NCBI RefSeq assembly: GCF_006345805.1
Contig: NC_043005.1
Coordinates: forward strand, 71,734,001-71,798,000
From: Octopus sinensis
Lineage: Eukaryota
Reading direction: 5' to 3'
DNA length: 64,000 bases
Under the pieces are notes generated by a model. The model searched no databases. It was not told the DNA's origin and saw nothing but the letters and a program-made list of their open reading frames with translations. Below are positions 27,878 to 40,952 of this stretch, piece after piece. Made by a program: the position numbers and the translations under genes. Each line of letters begins with the position of its first letter. Position 1 is the stretch's first letter.

Positions 27878-27950
27878 GCATACAGACACAGACACATATA
27901 TATATATATATATATATGCATACACACACACACAAATATATATATATGTG

Positions 27951-28333
27951 TGGAAGCACTCCGTCGGTTACGACGATGATGGTTCCGGTTGATCCAAATC
28001 AACGGAACAGCCTGCTCATGAAATTAACGTGTAAGTGGCTGAGCACTCCACAGACACGTGTACCCTTAACGTAGTTCTCGGGGATATTCAGCGTGACACA
28101 GAGAGTGACAAGGCCGGCCCTTTGAAATACAGGTACAACAGAAACAGGAAGTAAGAGTGAGAGAAAGTTTTGGTGAAAGAGTACAGCAGGGATCACCACC
28201 ATCCCCTGCCGGAGCCTCGTGGAGATTTAGGTGTTTTCGCTCAATAAACACTCACAACGCCCGGTCTGGGAATCGAAACCGCGATCCTATGACCGCGAGT
28301 CCGCTGCCCTAATCACTGGGCCATTGCGCCTCC
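27951..28333 (-). mobile_element. SINE family C, full length, young
   Basis: Head GGAGGCGCAATGGCCCAGTG, B box GGTTTCGATTCC; near-identical to 39537-39918; inserted in (TA)n. Confidence 0.9.
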
Positions 28334-28434
28334 ACATATATATATATATATATACAAATATCTATATATATATATACATGTATACACACACACATATATA
28401 TATACATACATATATACATACATACAAATATCTA

Positions 28435-28474
<40 letters not shown>

Positions 28475-28553
28475 TAGATATTTGTATTTATATATATATA
28501 TGCATACACACAGAGACACATATATATACATACATATATACATACATACAATA

Positions 28554-28596
<43 letters not shown>

Positions 28597-29374
28597 TATT
28601 CATACACATATATAAACATATATATGTATATAAAAAGGAGACAACAATGGAATAAAGAATGATATTATGAACATCATTACTAGCTTACAGCTGTTTCCAC
28701 AATAAGATGTGGTGGACTGACAGTTGAGTGCCTGGGCAACATCTTACAGTTTCATCAAAGCTTCAAATATGGAATGCAATTTATTGAGAAAATTACTGCT
28801 CCGTACTCAACTATCATTTCATACAGAGGCAGCCATATATTGAGTCCTTCACCAGATTATTTGTTTCACAATGGCGAAGTGACATATCAAACTATATACA
28901 ATAGGTGTAGTCATGGCTGTGTGGTAAGAAGCTTGCTTCCAACCACATTCCTTAACTTAGCTGCTCTGCAAAAAAAAAAGACCAATAGAATAAGTGTCAA
29001 ACCCCTAAACATAAGTACCAGGGTTGCTTTTTTTCAAGGGAAACCCTCAAAAGCTGTGCCCCAGCATGGTCACAGTCTGATGACTGAAACGAGTAAAAGG
29101 TAAAAAAAAAAATAAAATACAATAAACTCATGCCAAATGCGTTGCAATATTTAATTATCTCCCTTTGCTCTTTTAGCTGTCAGCTTTATTTTAGCCATCA
29201 TTGCCAAGGTCATGCTGGAGCACTGCAACAATTTTATGTTTACTTTTCATCTCTGCAGGATCAATCAGTAGCCAGCACTGATTGAGGAAATCTATTGTCA
29301 AAGGCATTTCATCAAAAGCATTTCACCATCATCATTCTCCTCCTGCTCCTCCTCCACTGCCACCTCCTCCTCCT

Positions 29375-29745
29375 CCTCTATATCATCATCTCATAATTTT
29401 ACATCCATGGATTCTTTTTTTCTTTTTACCATGCTTAAATGAGTTGGAAGGATTTCTTCTCCCGAACAGCATCTTCACAACTTGTTGCCACGCTTTTGCA
29501 TCTCTTTAGTGAGATTTCAGTCCCCTGAGATCAAACCATCACCGATTTCTTCCCACCACGTCTTTCTCAGTCATGCCTCTTCTGTATAATTCCTTCTACT
29601 TGGATTATTTGCCATTCCTCTCCCTACTACAAATGTCAACTTTCAACTGCATCATCAGCTGTCCAATATCAACTCTGTCTTCTCTGCATCTAATTCCTTT
29701 GATGTCCAATTTTGCCTCTAGCTCGCCTGTGCTCCATCACTATCA
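29375..29745 (-). mobile_element. Decayed RTE LINE 3' end
   Basis: ELEAKLDIKGIRC...; 3' tail ccttccaactcatttaagcatgg...gatgatgat. Confidence 0.65.
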
Positions 29746-31379
29746 TTTTCAGTAAAAAGTCTCATGGGAGAATTTTACAAAGGAGATGGATTGAACATCT
29801 AACACAAGCAAAATATAAAACTATTGCTGCTCGTCAGATTATCAGAAATTATGTAGCATAATCAATCTTTTTTTATTATTTTACTGGTGTCAGGAATTAG
29901 ACTGCAGCCTTGGTGGAGCACTATTCCAAGTGTTTTAGGCAACCATATAGATTTTGATTCATATTTCAGTCTTGATCTTATTTTATCAATTTCTATGTAT
30001 TGAATAGCTAAGTTACTTTTTGACATAATGGGATACACGAACACAGTGACATATGCACCATCACATGCTTACACATATATATATATATAAACATACATGC
30101 AATAAAAATACTAGAAACCTTAATGAAGGTGCCACTAAATTTACAAGAAATAGCAGTCAAAACACTGACAAATCACAGATGAAAATACATTAAATTGGTG
30201 ATTTCAAAAACTGATAAATACCCTGCCATCAAAAATATATTAGTGGAGTTTATTAATGAGTATAAAATACAGACTTTGCATCTTTGTAATTCTTCATTCT
30301 TTGTGACACTGGAGAAAACTTTAAAAGTTTAAAAGATTGATTTGATTAATCAAGGCAAATCATCGACTTTTTTCAATCCTCACATCCCCAACTTTCCTAT
30401 GAGATCCTCGTTACAGGGCTGTCCTAACAGTATATAGGCCTCAGGGCAAATCTATATGTTGCATACTTTTAGATATTAGTGTCTTGAGTTCAATGGCGAG
30501 TCCCTGTTTCCATAGCATTAAAATGACCTACCAAATGGAACACCAGTGGATTGGAGTGTTTTACCCAAGAGCATAACGCACTGCCTAGTCCAAGAATTGA
30601 AGCCACAATCTTGTAATCATGCATGCAACACCATAACCTCTAAGCAGTTTCCTTTCACAAAGCAATGCACCAAATCCGATAGTATTTATTTATCAACTGC
30701 AAACCACATTATGCATAGATCATTATGCTCCTAGGCCTGTGTGGCTCTCAAGCAACTGTCAAGCATACCTATGTCATAAGACAGCTTTGCTCTGATGCAC
30801 TGCACCTCCAAAATTAAATAAATAAATAAATAAAATAGATGGAATTGTTATAAATGGAATGCCTTTGATAAAAGTTTAGTGCTGCCTTATCAGGGTTGAC
30901 CTGGTAGTTAGAAGAACACCAGAACTAAGCTTAAATTTGAAGTGCCAAACCTTGTTATTATTTTTGGTCAATACTGCTTTTGAATTCAGAATCTGATTCT
31001 GATAATGGACAGCAATGCCATTGTGTAACAGTCTCTTCTACATCAAGTCATCATATATTGATAAAAATAAACAGAAAAAGTGAAAAAGACCTCGAAAATG
31101 TCATCTTTGACTCCAAAGTGACAACAACCAGGAAAGAGAAGAAAAAGTCGTTTGCTCGTTAGCAAACACTCCTTTATTGGAAATACTCTCAAAATTCTAC
31201 TTAAAATTATGTTTATATTTAGATAAACCTCTTGATTGGAAATTTTTTTTCTTCCTCCGCCAATATTCCTTCCTGTTCTTATTCATTTGTTTTTAATTCC
31301 AATTTCCAAAATCAGTCAGTCAGTAAGAATCGGTTTGGATGTAAGTCGATGCTTCAATGAATTTTCTCAATTTTCTTCT

Positions 31380-31588
31380 TAGAGAAACATCTTAATTTTC
31401 TTTTCTCCTTGCTTTCCTTCCATTTTCTCTTTCATCTTTTTTCCTTTCTTTTTCTTTGTTTGCTCTTGTTCTTTTTCTACTTCTTCCTAATTTTTTTTTT
31501 CCTTTTTACTGTTTGTATTCTCTTTTATTTTTTCTTATTTTATTTTGCCATTTTGTTCTTTCTCTCCATTCTCTTCTGCTTTTACTCT

Positions 31589-31632
<44 letters not shown>

Positions 31633-33350
31633 ATCTTTCCATCTTCTAACCTATCTATATTTATTCGCCATCTCTCTTTTTCTTTCTCTCTCTTTCTTTG
31701 TGTCTCTCTGTCTCTCTCTCACTGCATCTCTTCCTCTCTGTCTCTGTCTGTCTCTTTCTCCCCCCCTCTCTCTATCTATCTATCAATCTATCTATATCTA
31801 TTCAACCATATTCTTATATAATAATGCCACTTTTGCTTAAATTTAATGCCTCCATTATTTTTCCTCTCCCCACCACGCTGCCTCCTTCCTTCCTTCCTCT
31901 CAGCCAAATACACACACATAAGCATACACACACACACAACACACACACACACACAAGTACATATGACCACATCATTCCTGCACAACCAGACTGACACAAA
32001 CATCTACACATACACCCAGATATATACACACATACACATACATAAACCCATACACACACACATATAAACACATACACACATATATATACACAGATACACT
32101 TACACACAAGTGCATACACGTAGTATACACTGCTTACTCACAAATAAATACATATAGAATAATCTTGTTGGATGTAGGTATTTTGGTTTCCTTCAGAATA
32201 TAGAATTGATTCACACACACACACAAACAAACACACACATGACTGCACGTACATGAATATACTTGTACACACACTCAAACGTCCATGGACACATAGAATC
32301 AACACACAAACCCACATGCCTGAACATAGGTACACATAAACATATATAAGAACACAAGCACATACATACACATCAAATCCATACACATACACACAAACAC
32401 ACATTCAAGTACAATTACATACATACATGCGTGTATGTCCTACACAAACACACATACACATGCACATACATGCACACAAGCACATCAAGTTCACACAAAT
32501 TTTACACAAACTCACACACACACGCACACACACACACACCACACATGCACACATTAATAAATATTCCAGCATGCATCCATCCACAGATATATACACAAAC
32601 CTAAACACACCTACGCATAATTCCAAACATATATACACACATTCACACCCACACATAGATGACTCCCACACAAACACAAACCCATACACACATACATGCA
32701 CAGGCTCTAATTTACACATCAAGTTCACACACAACTCCTACACACACATTCGTAAACACACACAAACATTCACAGACACACACACATAGAAATATATACA
32801 CAACATACATTCACTCATACACACAAATAAAAATACACTCCCATACACAATTACAAAGATAAATATATATATGTACACACATGCACATACACACTCACTA
32901 ACACACACACACACATACATACAAAGGCATACACAACACACCCAGTAAAACACGTTCTCCCATACAATTACAACATGCATTCACAGGTACATACATCCAC
33001 ATTCATTCACAAATACATACACACACTTACAAATACACACATATGCAAATGCATACACAAAATACAAAAATACAAACGAAAGCACATTCTCACACACAAC
33101 TACAAACATACATACACATGTACACACATACACAGACATTCAAATATACACACACACACACACATGTACAAATGCATACACAAAATACAAAAATACAAAC
33201 GAAAGCACATTCTCACACACAACTACAAACATACAAACGAAAGCACATTCTCACACACAACTACAAACATACATACACATGTACACACATACACAGACAT
33301 TCAAAAATACACACACACGCACACACACACACACTTACACAGAAACAACA
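31380..33350. repeat. Polypyrimidine tract, (CT)n, then long degenerate (CA)n with about 125-bp tandem duplications
   Basis: Unit aaatgcatacacaaaatacaaaaatacaaacgaaagcacattctcacacacaactacaaac recurs near 33047 and 33170, with a partial third copy. Confidence 0.85.
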
Positions 33351-33680
33351 AGCATTCTAAAACTGCATGTAAGCGAGATTCTTTCACTCTGCAAACCGCC
33401 TCACCTTACTAGAAGAATGGTTGGATGGGGAGGTTTGGAATGATAGAGAACATAATAATTCTTAGACTTTTGCCTCAAAAGGTTAGTCTTGGTAGTTTAA
33501 ATATATTTCCTCTTTCTTTTCCTTCCTCCATTAGAAAATTTAAATACATTTTTCTCTTATCAAACAATTTTCTTTTCTTTTATTTTTGTTTAAAGTTTTT
33601 TTGTTTTATGTTTTAGTAAGTGACTGTGTGTATGTATGTATGTGTATAAGTATATATGTGTATTTGTAAATGTATGTGTG

Positions 33681-33730
<50 letters not shown>

Positions 33731-33803
33731 TGTGTACGTATGTGTGCATATTTGGGTATGTATAAGAATATGTGAGTTTACATCTGTATGTTTATATGTT
33801 TGA

Positions 33804-33838
<35 letters not shown>

Positions 33839-34111
33839 TGTGTGTATGTGTGTGTAGGTGTATCTGTCTGTGTGTGTAGGTGTATCTGTCTGTGTGTGTA
33901 TGTGAGTGTGATGAATACATTTATACATGTTGTGTATTTGCATGTATTTCTGTATTTGTAGGTATGTATGTATGCATATATGTATATGTGTATATGTATA
34001 TGTATGTTTATGTGTATTTATATATATATGTATGTATATGTGTGTATATATATATATATATAATATATGTATGCATATGTGTATATATATATATATATGT
34101 ATGTATATGTG

Positions 34112-34148
<37 letters not shown>

Positions 34149-34494
34149 ATGTATATATATATATATATATATATATAGCACTATATATTTTTAGTATATA
34201 TATATATATACATACACCACATATATATGCATATATATGCACACACACACATATATATATATATATGTATGTACATAAATACTTGTATGTTTGTCCATTT
34301 GCATGTGTGTATTTGCACACATGTATGTGCGTTTGATGGATATATATATATTAGTGTGGGTGTATGTGTTTGTGTGTGTGTGTGTTTGTATGTGAGTGTG
34401 AATCAGTATAGCGTTCCTGTGACATTGGGGTTAGAAGCTAATATGTTCCTGGTAAATATTTTTTTGGGTGAGTGAATTTTCAGTTCAGGCAATT

Positions 34495-34533
<39 letters not shown>

Positions 34534-35059
34534 ATCTTTTTTTATATATTTTTATTCTTTCATGAAATCCTGATCAAGTTTAATATTTCTTTAAAACAAA
34601 GTTTGCTTCCACCAAAATATGTCTCTTGAGAGACATATTCATAGAGGAATCTTTCTAAAATGCTTGATTGAAATTGAAATTCAGTGAAAAGGTAAGAGGA
34701 ACAAAACAAAACAGAAAGAAAAATAAATAAGCTACTGGAACGATATATAAAAAATAAATGGGAGTACAAGATATGTAGTTTTAGGTTTTATGCTGCAAAG
34801 AAGAGGCAAGAAGTAAAAAAAAATATTTATAATTTATAGCTAAATTGATTTATATTATTTCTCTTCATGGATGGTTATTGAAATGCAAGTAAAATTTCTA
34901 GAATTGAAAACAATTCATATCTCTCAGTTTCAAATATGTGGAGTCCCCAAATGTACAGTTAGTAAATGGGAGGTAATCATTTCTTGATAATATTTGGTGG
35001 GATTAGAAGTTTTGAATAAAGAATTTAGGAATAAGGAAAATGTATATTCTTTTATTCTT

Positions 35060-35470
35060 TTACTTGTTTCAGTCATTTAACTGCAGCCATGCTGAAGCAT
35101 CACCTTTAGTTGAATATATCGACCCCTGGACTTGCTCTTTGTGATACTAGTACTTATTCTATCAGTCTCTCTTTGCTGAACCACTAAGTGACAGGAACGT
35201 AAAGACACCAAAATCGGTTTCAAGTGATTGTGGGGGGACAAACACAGACACAAACAACAGACACATACATATAGATACATATTATATATATATATACATA
35301 TATATACAACGGGCTTCTTTCAGTTTCCATCTACCAAATCCACTCACAAGGCTTTGGTCAACTTGAGGCTATATAGTAGAAGACACTAGCCCAAGGTGCC
35401 ATACAGTGGGACTGAACCCAGAATCATGTGGTTAGGAAGCAAGCTTCTTACCACACAGCCACTCCTGCAC
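35060..35470 (-). mobile_element. SINE family B, full length
   Basis: Reverse match to 7650-8045. Confidence 0.85.
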
Positions 35471-35489
35471 CTGTAGTATGTCTTTTAGC

Positions 35490-35995
35490 TTTCTTTTTAA
35501 CTTGTTTCAGTCATTTTACAGCAGTCATGCAGGAGCGCCACCTTTGAATACTTGGTTGAACAAATCTACCCTAGTTTTTGATTTTTTAAAAATCTGGGTC
35601 TCTTTTTGCTTTCATCAACCTCCTAAGTTACAGTGACATAAACAGACCAACAGTTGCCAAGTAGTGTTAGGGAACAAACACAAAGATATATTCATGCACA
35701 CATGCACACACACACACACACACCGAAACATACAAACACACACACACACACACAGAGAAACACAGAAACATACACAAACACATACACACACACACAGAAA
35801 CACACAAACATACACAAACACACACACAAACACATATGACAGGCTTCTTTCTGTTTCCATCTACTTAATCTACTCACATGGTTTTCATCAGCTCATGGCT
35901 ATAGCAGAACACACATGCATAAGGTGCCGCACAGTGAGACTGAACCAATACCCATGTGGTTGAGAAGTAGACTTCTTACCACAGAGCCACACCTG
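35490..35995 (-). mobile_element. SINE family B, full length, expanded internal (CA)n
   Basis: Directly adjacent to the previous copy in the same orientation. Confidence 0.8.
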
Positions 35996-36074
35996 TGCCT
36001 ATAAATATACATATATTATTATTTTGCTTAAATATTTCTTAAAAGGGTTTAAAATTTCCTGTTTTAGGTAAATA

Positions 36075-36490
36075 TATACAACACCATTTTACTCTTGCAT
36101 AGGTTGAACAAGTTCTCTCCAACATAACATCCGGCCACTTATTGCAATCCTTTGGCATCTTTTCTGTGAATTTCCTGAGATCATCCTTCATCAGTTCTGC
36201 TTATGACTTTCTCAATCTTCCATTTCCATTTGATCCCTTCCACATGTATCTCCTGCAGTTTCTTCCACCTACATGTTATTATCATCCAATTGTATTACAT
36301 GTCCATATCAGCACAGCCTTCACTCTTGCACACTACATTTGATTTCCTCTTACACCCAGTTTTTTTCTTCCTCTCAGCTCATCTATGCCTCAGCATTCAT
36401 GCACCAGAATATTACATATCTTGCATTTTATGCTGGCTTCTTTTCTTTTGACCTTCACACATCCTCTGCATTAAGTGCTCACATATCACA
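36075..36490 (-). mobile_element. Decayed RTE LINE 3' end
   Basis: Similar to 50860-51265 (LGVRG...VQE..L..YGHV). Confidence 0.55.
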
Positions 36491-37042
36491 ACCATGAAGC
36501 AATGTACTGAAAAGATATCAGAAACAAACAAAAATAAGAAAGCATAAGAGTAAACAGTATAGAGGATTAGTTTAATGCTATAGAAAAGATATAAAAAAAA
36601 CGTAAGAAGTGTTTGATATTTCGGACAGTTGCTCTTCATCAAGGAGTTTCCTTTTTTTTCCTATTTTCTTCTCTGATTTTTCTTGATAACAGACAAATGC
36701 CTAAAATCTTTTAATAATTCTTCTTATTTATTTATTATTATTGTTATTATTATTTTTTTTGCTTGAGTGTTAAGCTAACATTATCCTCTGTTTATTCCTG
36801 GGTTTTTGTTAATGTTTTTGCTTTTATTTTGTCCATATCTTTTTTTTTTACGACACTAATACAAGCTTCTAGAGACTTGGATTAACCTCAATTTAGATTA
36901 CACTGGATCACTGATTATTTGTCTTTGAAGAGTATTTTGTTGGTTATGGCTCAAATCATACTGCTAGGAAGATTTAAAGTAAAGTAAATGAATAAAAGGA
37001 TTGTGTAAATATAAACATATAACTTTCAAAGTACTAGTGTTG

Positions 37043-37074
<32 letters not shown>

Positions 37075-37499
37075 GGCGGTGGTGGTGGTGGTGTTGCTGC
37101 TGCTGCTGCTACTGTTGTTATTAATGTTGCTACTGTTACTTTTAATGGTGTTGTTGCTGATGATAACTATGTTATTGCTGTGAATGTTCAGTCCTATGCT
37201 AGCCCTACTGACCAGATCTATGGTCAAAATCATTCCAGTCGTGACCATCCTGTCGTTTTATAAGTATGAAACAGAGGTGACTTGCTAACTTTTATGCTTT
37301 AAACTGTTTCTTTGATTCTATATTTTATATTGAGCTCTGGAATATTCTAATCGCTCTCTCAGATAATTCCATAAATGCTAAGTACCTATATATTACTCTC
37401 TCTCTCTCTCTCTTACTTTCTCTCTCTTTCTCTATCTATCCCTCTTTTCCTCTCGCTGTGTGTCTCTCACTTTCTCTCTTTATCAGTTATCCATAGAAA

Positions 37500-37756
37500 C
37501 AGGCGCTTCCTTCGCAGGTGCTGGTGCCATGTAAAATGCATTTATGCCAGTGCCACTTAAATGAACCCATGCTGTTGGCATGTAACAAGGGTCCAGTGTA
37601 AACTCTATAAAATGTTTGGCATTAGGAAAGGGATCAAGTAGAAACCATGCCAAAACAGAAAACTGGAGTCTGGACAGGTCCCCACCTGGCCAACTCCTAT
37701 CAAATCGTCCAATCCATGCTTGCATGAAAAACAGATGTTAAGTAATGATGATGATT

Positions 37757-37757
<1 letters not shown>
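37500..37757 (+). mobile_element. SINE family E, degenerate
   Basis: ggcattaggaaagg...atcgtccaatccatgcttgcatgaaaaacagatgttaagtaatgatgat. Confidence 0.7.
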
Positions 37758-37790
<33 letters not shown>

Positions 37791-38129
37791 TGTATGTGTG
37801 TGTGTGTGTGTATGTGTGTGTGTGTGTATACAAGATGTCCTAACTTATCTTTACGGCTTCCACAATTTATTATCTCTATTGAAGTTGGGATCCCTAGATG
37901 TGTTGCATGCAATAAATGGAGCCCATGTCGAAATCTTCTAATAAACTCTGTTGGGTTATCCTTATTATTTATTTTTTTCTGAATTTTTCAAGTTTTAAAG
38001 GTAATTTAGGGACACTGTATATATATTTGTTTGCATATATACACATGTGTTTGTGCGTATGTATTCATATATGTATATATATATATATTTGTATGTATAT
38101 ATGCATGGGTGCATGTGTGTGTGTAGTCA

Positions 38130-38188
<59 letters not shown>

Positions 38189-38499
38189 ATATAAAAAGGA
38201 ATGCAAAATATGGGACAAGAAAGCAAAACATCCTGACAGATGATAAAAAAAGGGACAAAAAAAACAAAACTGAGTTTTCTTTCCTTAGTTGAGTTCCAGA
38301 TTTTCTTTGCAATTTTGGCTGGTTATATTCAAGATTGCTCCAGTCTGGCCAGCCCCAAGGAAAACTAAGCTAAGAGCACTAGATTACTTGGAAGAATATA
38401 TACACATGTATATGCATGTGTATGTATTCATATATGTATAAATATTTGTATGTTTATATACACATGTGTGTGTGTATTCATATATATATATATATATAT

Positions 38500-38862
38500 A
38501 AGCACCATTCGAGTGTGATTTTTACCAGTGTCACCTTACTGGCACTTGTGCCGGTGGCTCGTGAAAAAACATTCAAGCGAGGTCGTTGCCAGTGTTGCTG
38601 GACTGACTCCTGTGCAGGCGGCATGTAAAAAACACCATTTGAGTCTGGCCATTGCCAGTACCACCTGACTGGCCCTCATGCCGGTGGCACGTAAAAGCAC
38701 CCACTATACTCTCGGAGTGGTTGGCATTAGGAAGGGCATCCAGCTGTAGAGACTCCAGCAGATCAGACTAGAGCCTGGTGCAAACATTTGGTTCACCAGT
38801 CTTCAGTCAAATCTTCCAACCTATGCTGGCATGGAAAGCAGACGTTAAACGATGATGATGAT
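38500..38862 (+). mobile_element. SINE family E, longest copy
   Basis: Three internal GCCGGTGGCACGTAAAA-like units; RTE-like tail ccaacctatgctggcatggaaagcagacgttaaacgatgatgatgat. Confidence 0.8.
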
Positions 38863-39536
38863 TATATATATATATATTTGTATGTATGTATGTATAACTT
38901 AGTTTTGATGGATAAAGTATAGAAGTGTAGTACAAGACGGATTCTGTTAGCTTGTTGTGGCTGTTGGAATTCATTAGGAGCAACCATCTGATAAACTTTC
39001 ATTATAGATCTCTCTCTCAGCGGGCATATGTATATGTGTGATTTGTATTTTCCTGTGTCAGATGAGAAAGACAATGACAAAGGAAGAGAAAGTGAGAGCT
39101 GGGGTAGAAATAACGAATTTAAGAAAGAAGACATGACACGACTCTACTGAAGTTTTGTTGAGGCCTCTAGATATGAAAACAGTTCAGACTGATTATTAAG
39201 ACGTCTGTGCAAGTTCAAACATTTTGCAGTCATGATTTGTTTTCTTTGCATGATTAGTTGGTCATTGTTTTTGTGTTGTAGTATACAGTAGAATCGTGAG
39301 ATCTGGTATATAGCTTATATCATACTATAGTGTGATGTACTATAATCTGATATAGTATGGGAAATTAGATGGAGGTTTTCTAAAGTGTTTTAGAAAGTAG
39401 TATTATGAATTGTTGTCATTGCTGCTGTTTAATCCAAATCAGTCCCAGTCAATTAAATTGACTATTGTCAAAGGCATGTCATTCATTGTCACCTTGTTTT
39501 TACTTTTGTAGTTAGATTTAGAGTAGTGAGTCTAAT

Positions 39537-39918
39537 GGAAGCACTCCGTCGGTTACGACGACGAGGGTTCCGGTTGATCCGATCAACGGAACAGCCTGCT
39601 CGTGAAATTAACGTGTAAGTGGCTGAGCACTCCACAGACACGTGTACCCTTAATGTAGTTCTCGGGGATATTCAGCGTGACACAGAGAGTGACAAGGCCG
39701 GCCCTTTGAAATACAGGTACAACAGAAACAGGAAGTAAGAGTGAGAGAAAGTTGTGGTGAAAGAGTACAGCAGGGATCACCACCATCCCTGCCGGAGCAT
39801 CGTGGAGCTCTAGGTGTTTTCGCTCAATAAACACTCACAACGCCCGGTCTGGGAATCGAAACCGCGATCCTACGACTGCGAGATCGCTGCCCTAACCACT
39901 GGGCCATTGCGCCTCCAC
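39537..39918 (-). mobile_element. SINE family C, full length with TSD
   Basis: TSD agtgagtctaat (39525-39536) / agtgtgtctaat (39919-39930). Confidence 0.9.
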
Positions 39919-40874
39919 AGTGTGTCTAATACTACATTATTGAGTATTTCTTTTTTAAGGTGGTCGTAATTTGAAAAATATTTAACTGCTATTTCTAACA
40001 TCTTGAGCAATCAGAAAGAGGCTCACATCTCATCTACCATATAATGTGGAAAATGGTTTACTGTGTATCACATACTTGGGGTCGATGTAATTGACTTACC
40101 CACTCAATCAAACTTACTGGTCTTGTGTCACAATTTGAAATTGGTAGTTATATTTATAATACATTAAGTGACAGAATAAAAATTGAACACCTTCAGATAT
40201 TTTCCCACACAGAGTCCTAGAAATTTAAAGGGAACATTGGTCTGGAACTATATTAATCTAGCTAAACACCTTTCTTCTATTTCAAAGAGATTAAGGTAAG
40301 ATATGAGGAATGTTTAGTTGCTATTTCTAGCAAGTAGAAAGAGCCTATAAAGGCTCATCCTTTGGCTCACAAATGAAATTGTTGTGTAGTGAAATGACGC
40401 ATTATGTATGCAGAGTATATTATAGTGTAGTATTGTGTTGTGGTGAGGTAGTATTATTGGTAGGGATTCAATTAAGTTAAGTGTATCAGCTCAAAGATGA
40501 CAGAGACTTTGTGCGTTAATATATCAGGTTTAATATTACTGGAAAATTTCTCATTTCCTTCTTCAAAGATATGATTGATCTCAAGATCTATAGATTGATT
40601 ATATCTTTAATTTTTCCAATTCCACGCTGCTGCCTTAGTGTTAAATTATTGTTCGATCACACTTGCTTAATTCTTCCAATTATTACAAATTGACTTATTG
40701 CAAGAGAGCCAGATTCAGAGAATTGAGGATCAGAGTTTGAGTCCTATCATGTGTGTGTGTCCTCTGATAATGGATATTGATTAAATAGGGGGCAAATTTT
40801 GTGTGTCTATTTATTTGTGATTTTACTTGATAGATATTTTAATCAGTAGTGTATGTAGCTAGAGCATGCACCAC

Positions 40875-40952
40875 CTGAAGCAGACTCTGATTTTATCCCA
40901 CCCACCTCACTGCCACTGGGACCCCAAGCATATACAGGCTTATACAGCTGAC
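40875..40952 (-). CDS. Candidate upstream exon (phase 1-1)
   Basis: ggtgttattttcag|GT CAG CTG TAT AAG CCT GTA TAT GCT TGG GGT CCC AGT GGC A; phase-1 donors at 40911 (gtgagg) or 40875 (gtggtg); GQLYKPVYAWGPSG(SEVGGIKSESAS). Based on splice signals and phase only. Confidence 0.25.

Noticed and set aside
30222-30308. Candidate exon VTKNEELQRCKV after a strong acceptor
   Set aside because: Donors are weak (gtattt) and no phase-compatible upstream partner was found.
34616-34639. 10-bp hairpin aatatgtctc-ttga-gagacatatt
   Set aside because: Too short to distinguish from chance in 64 kb of AT-rich DNA.
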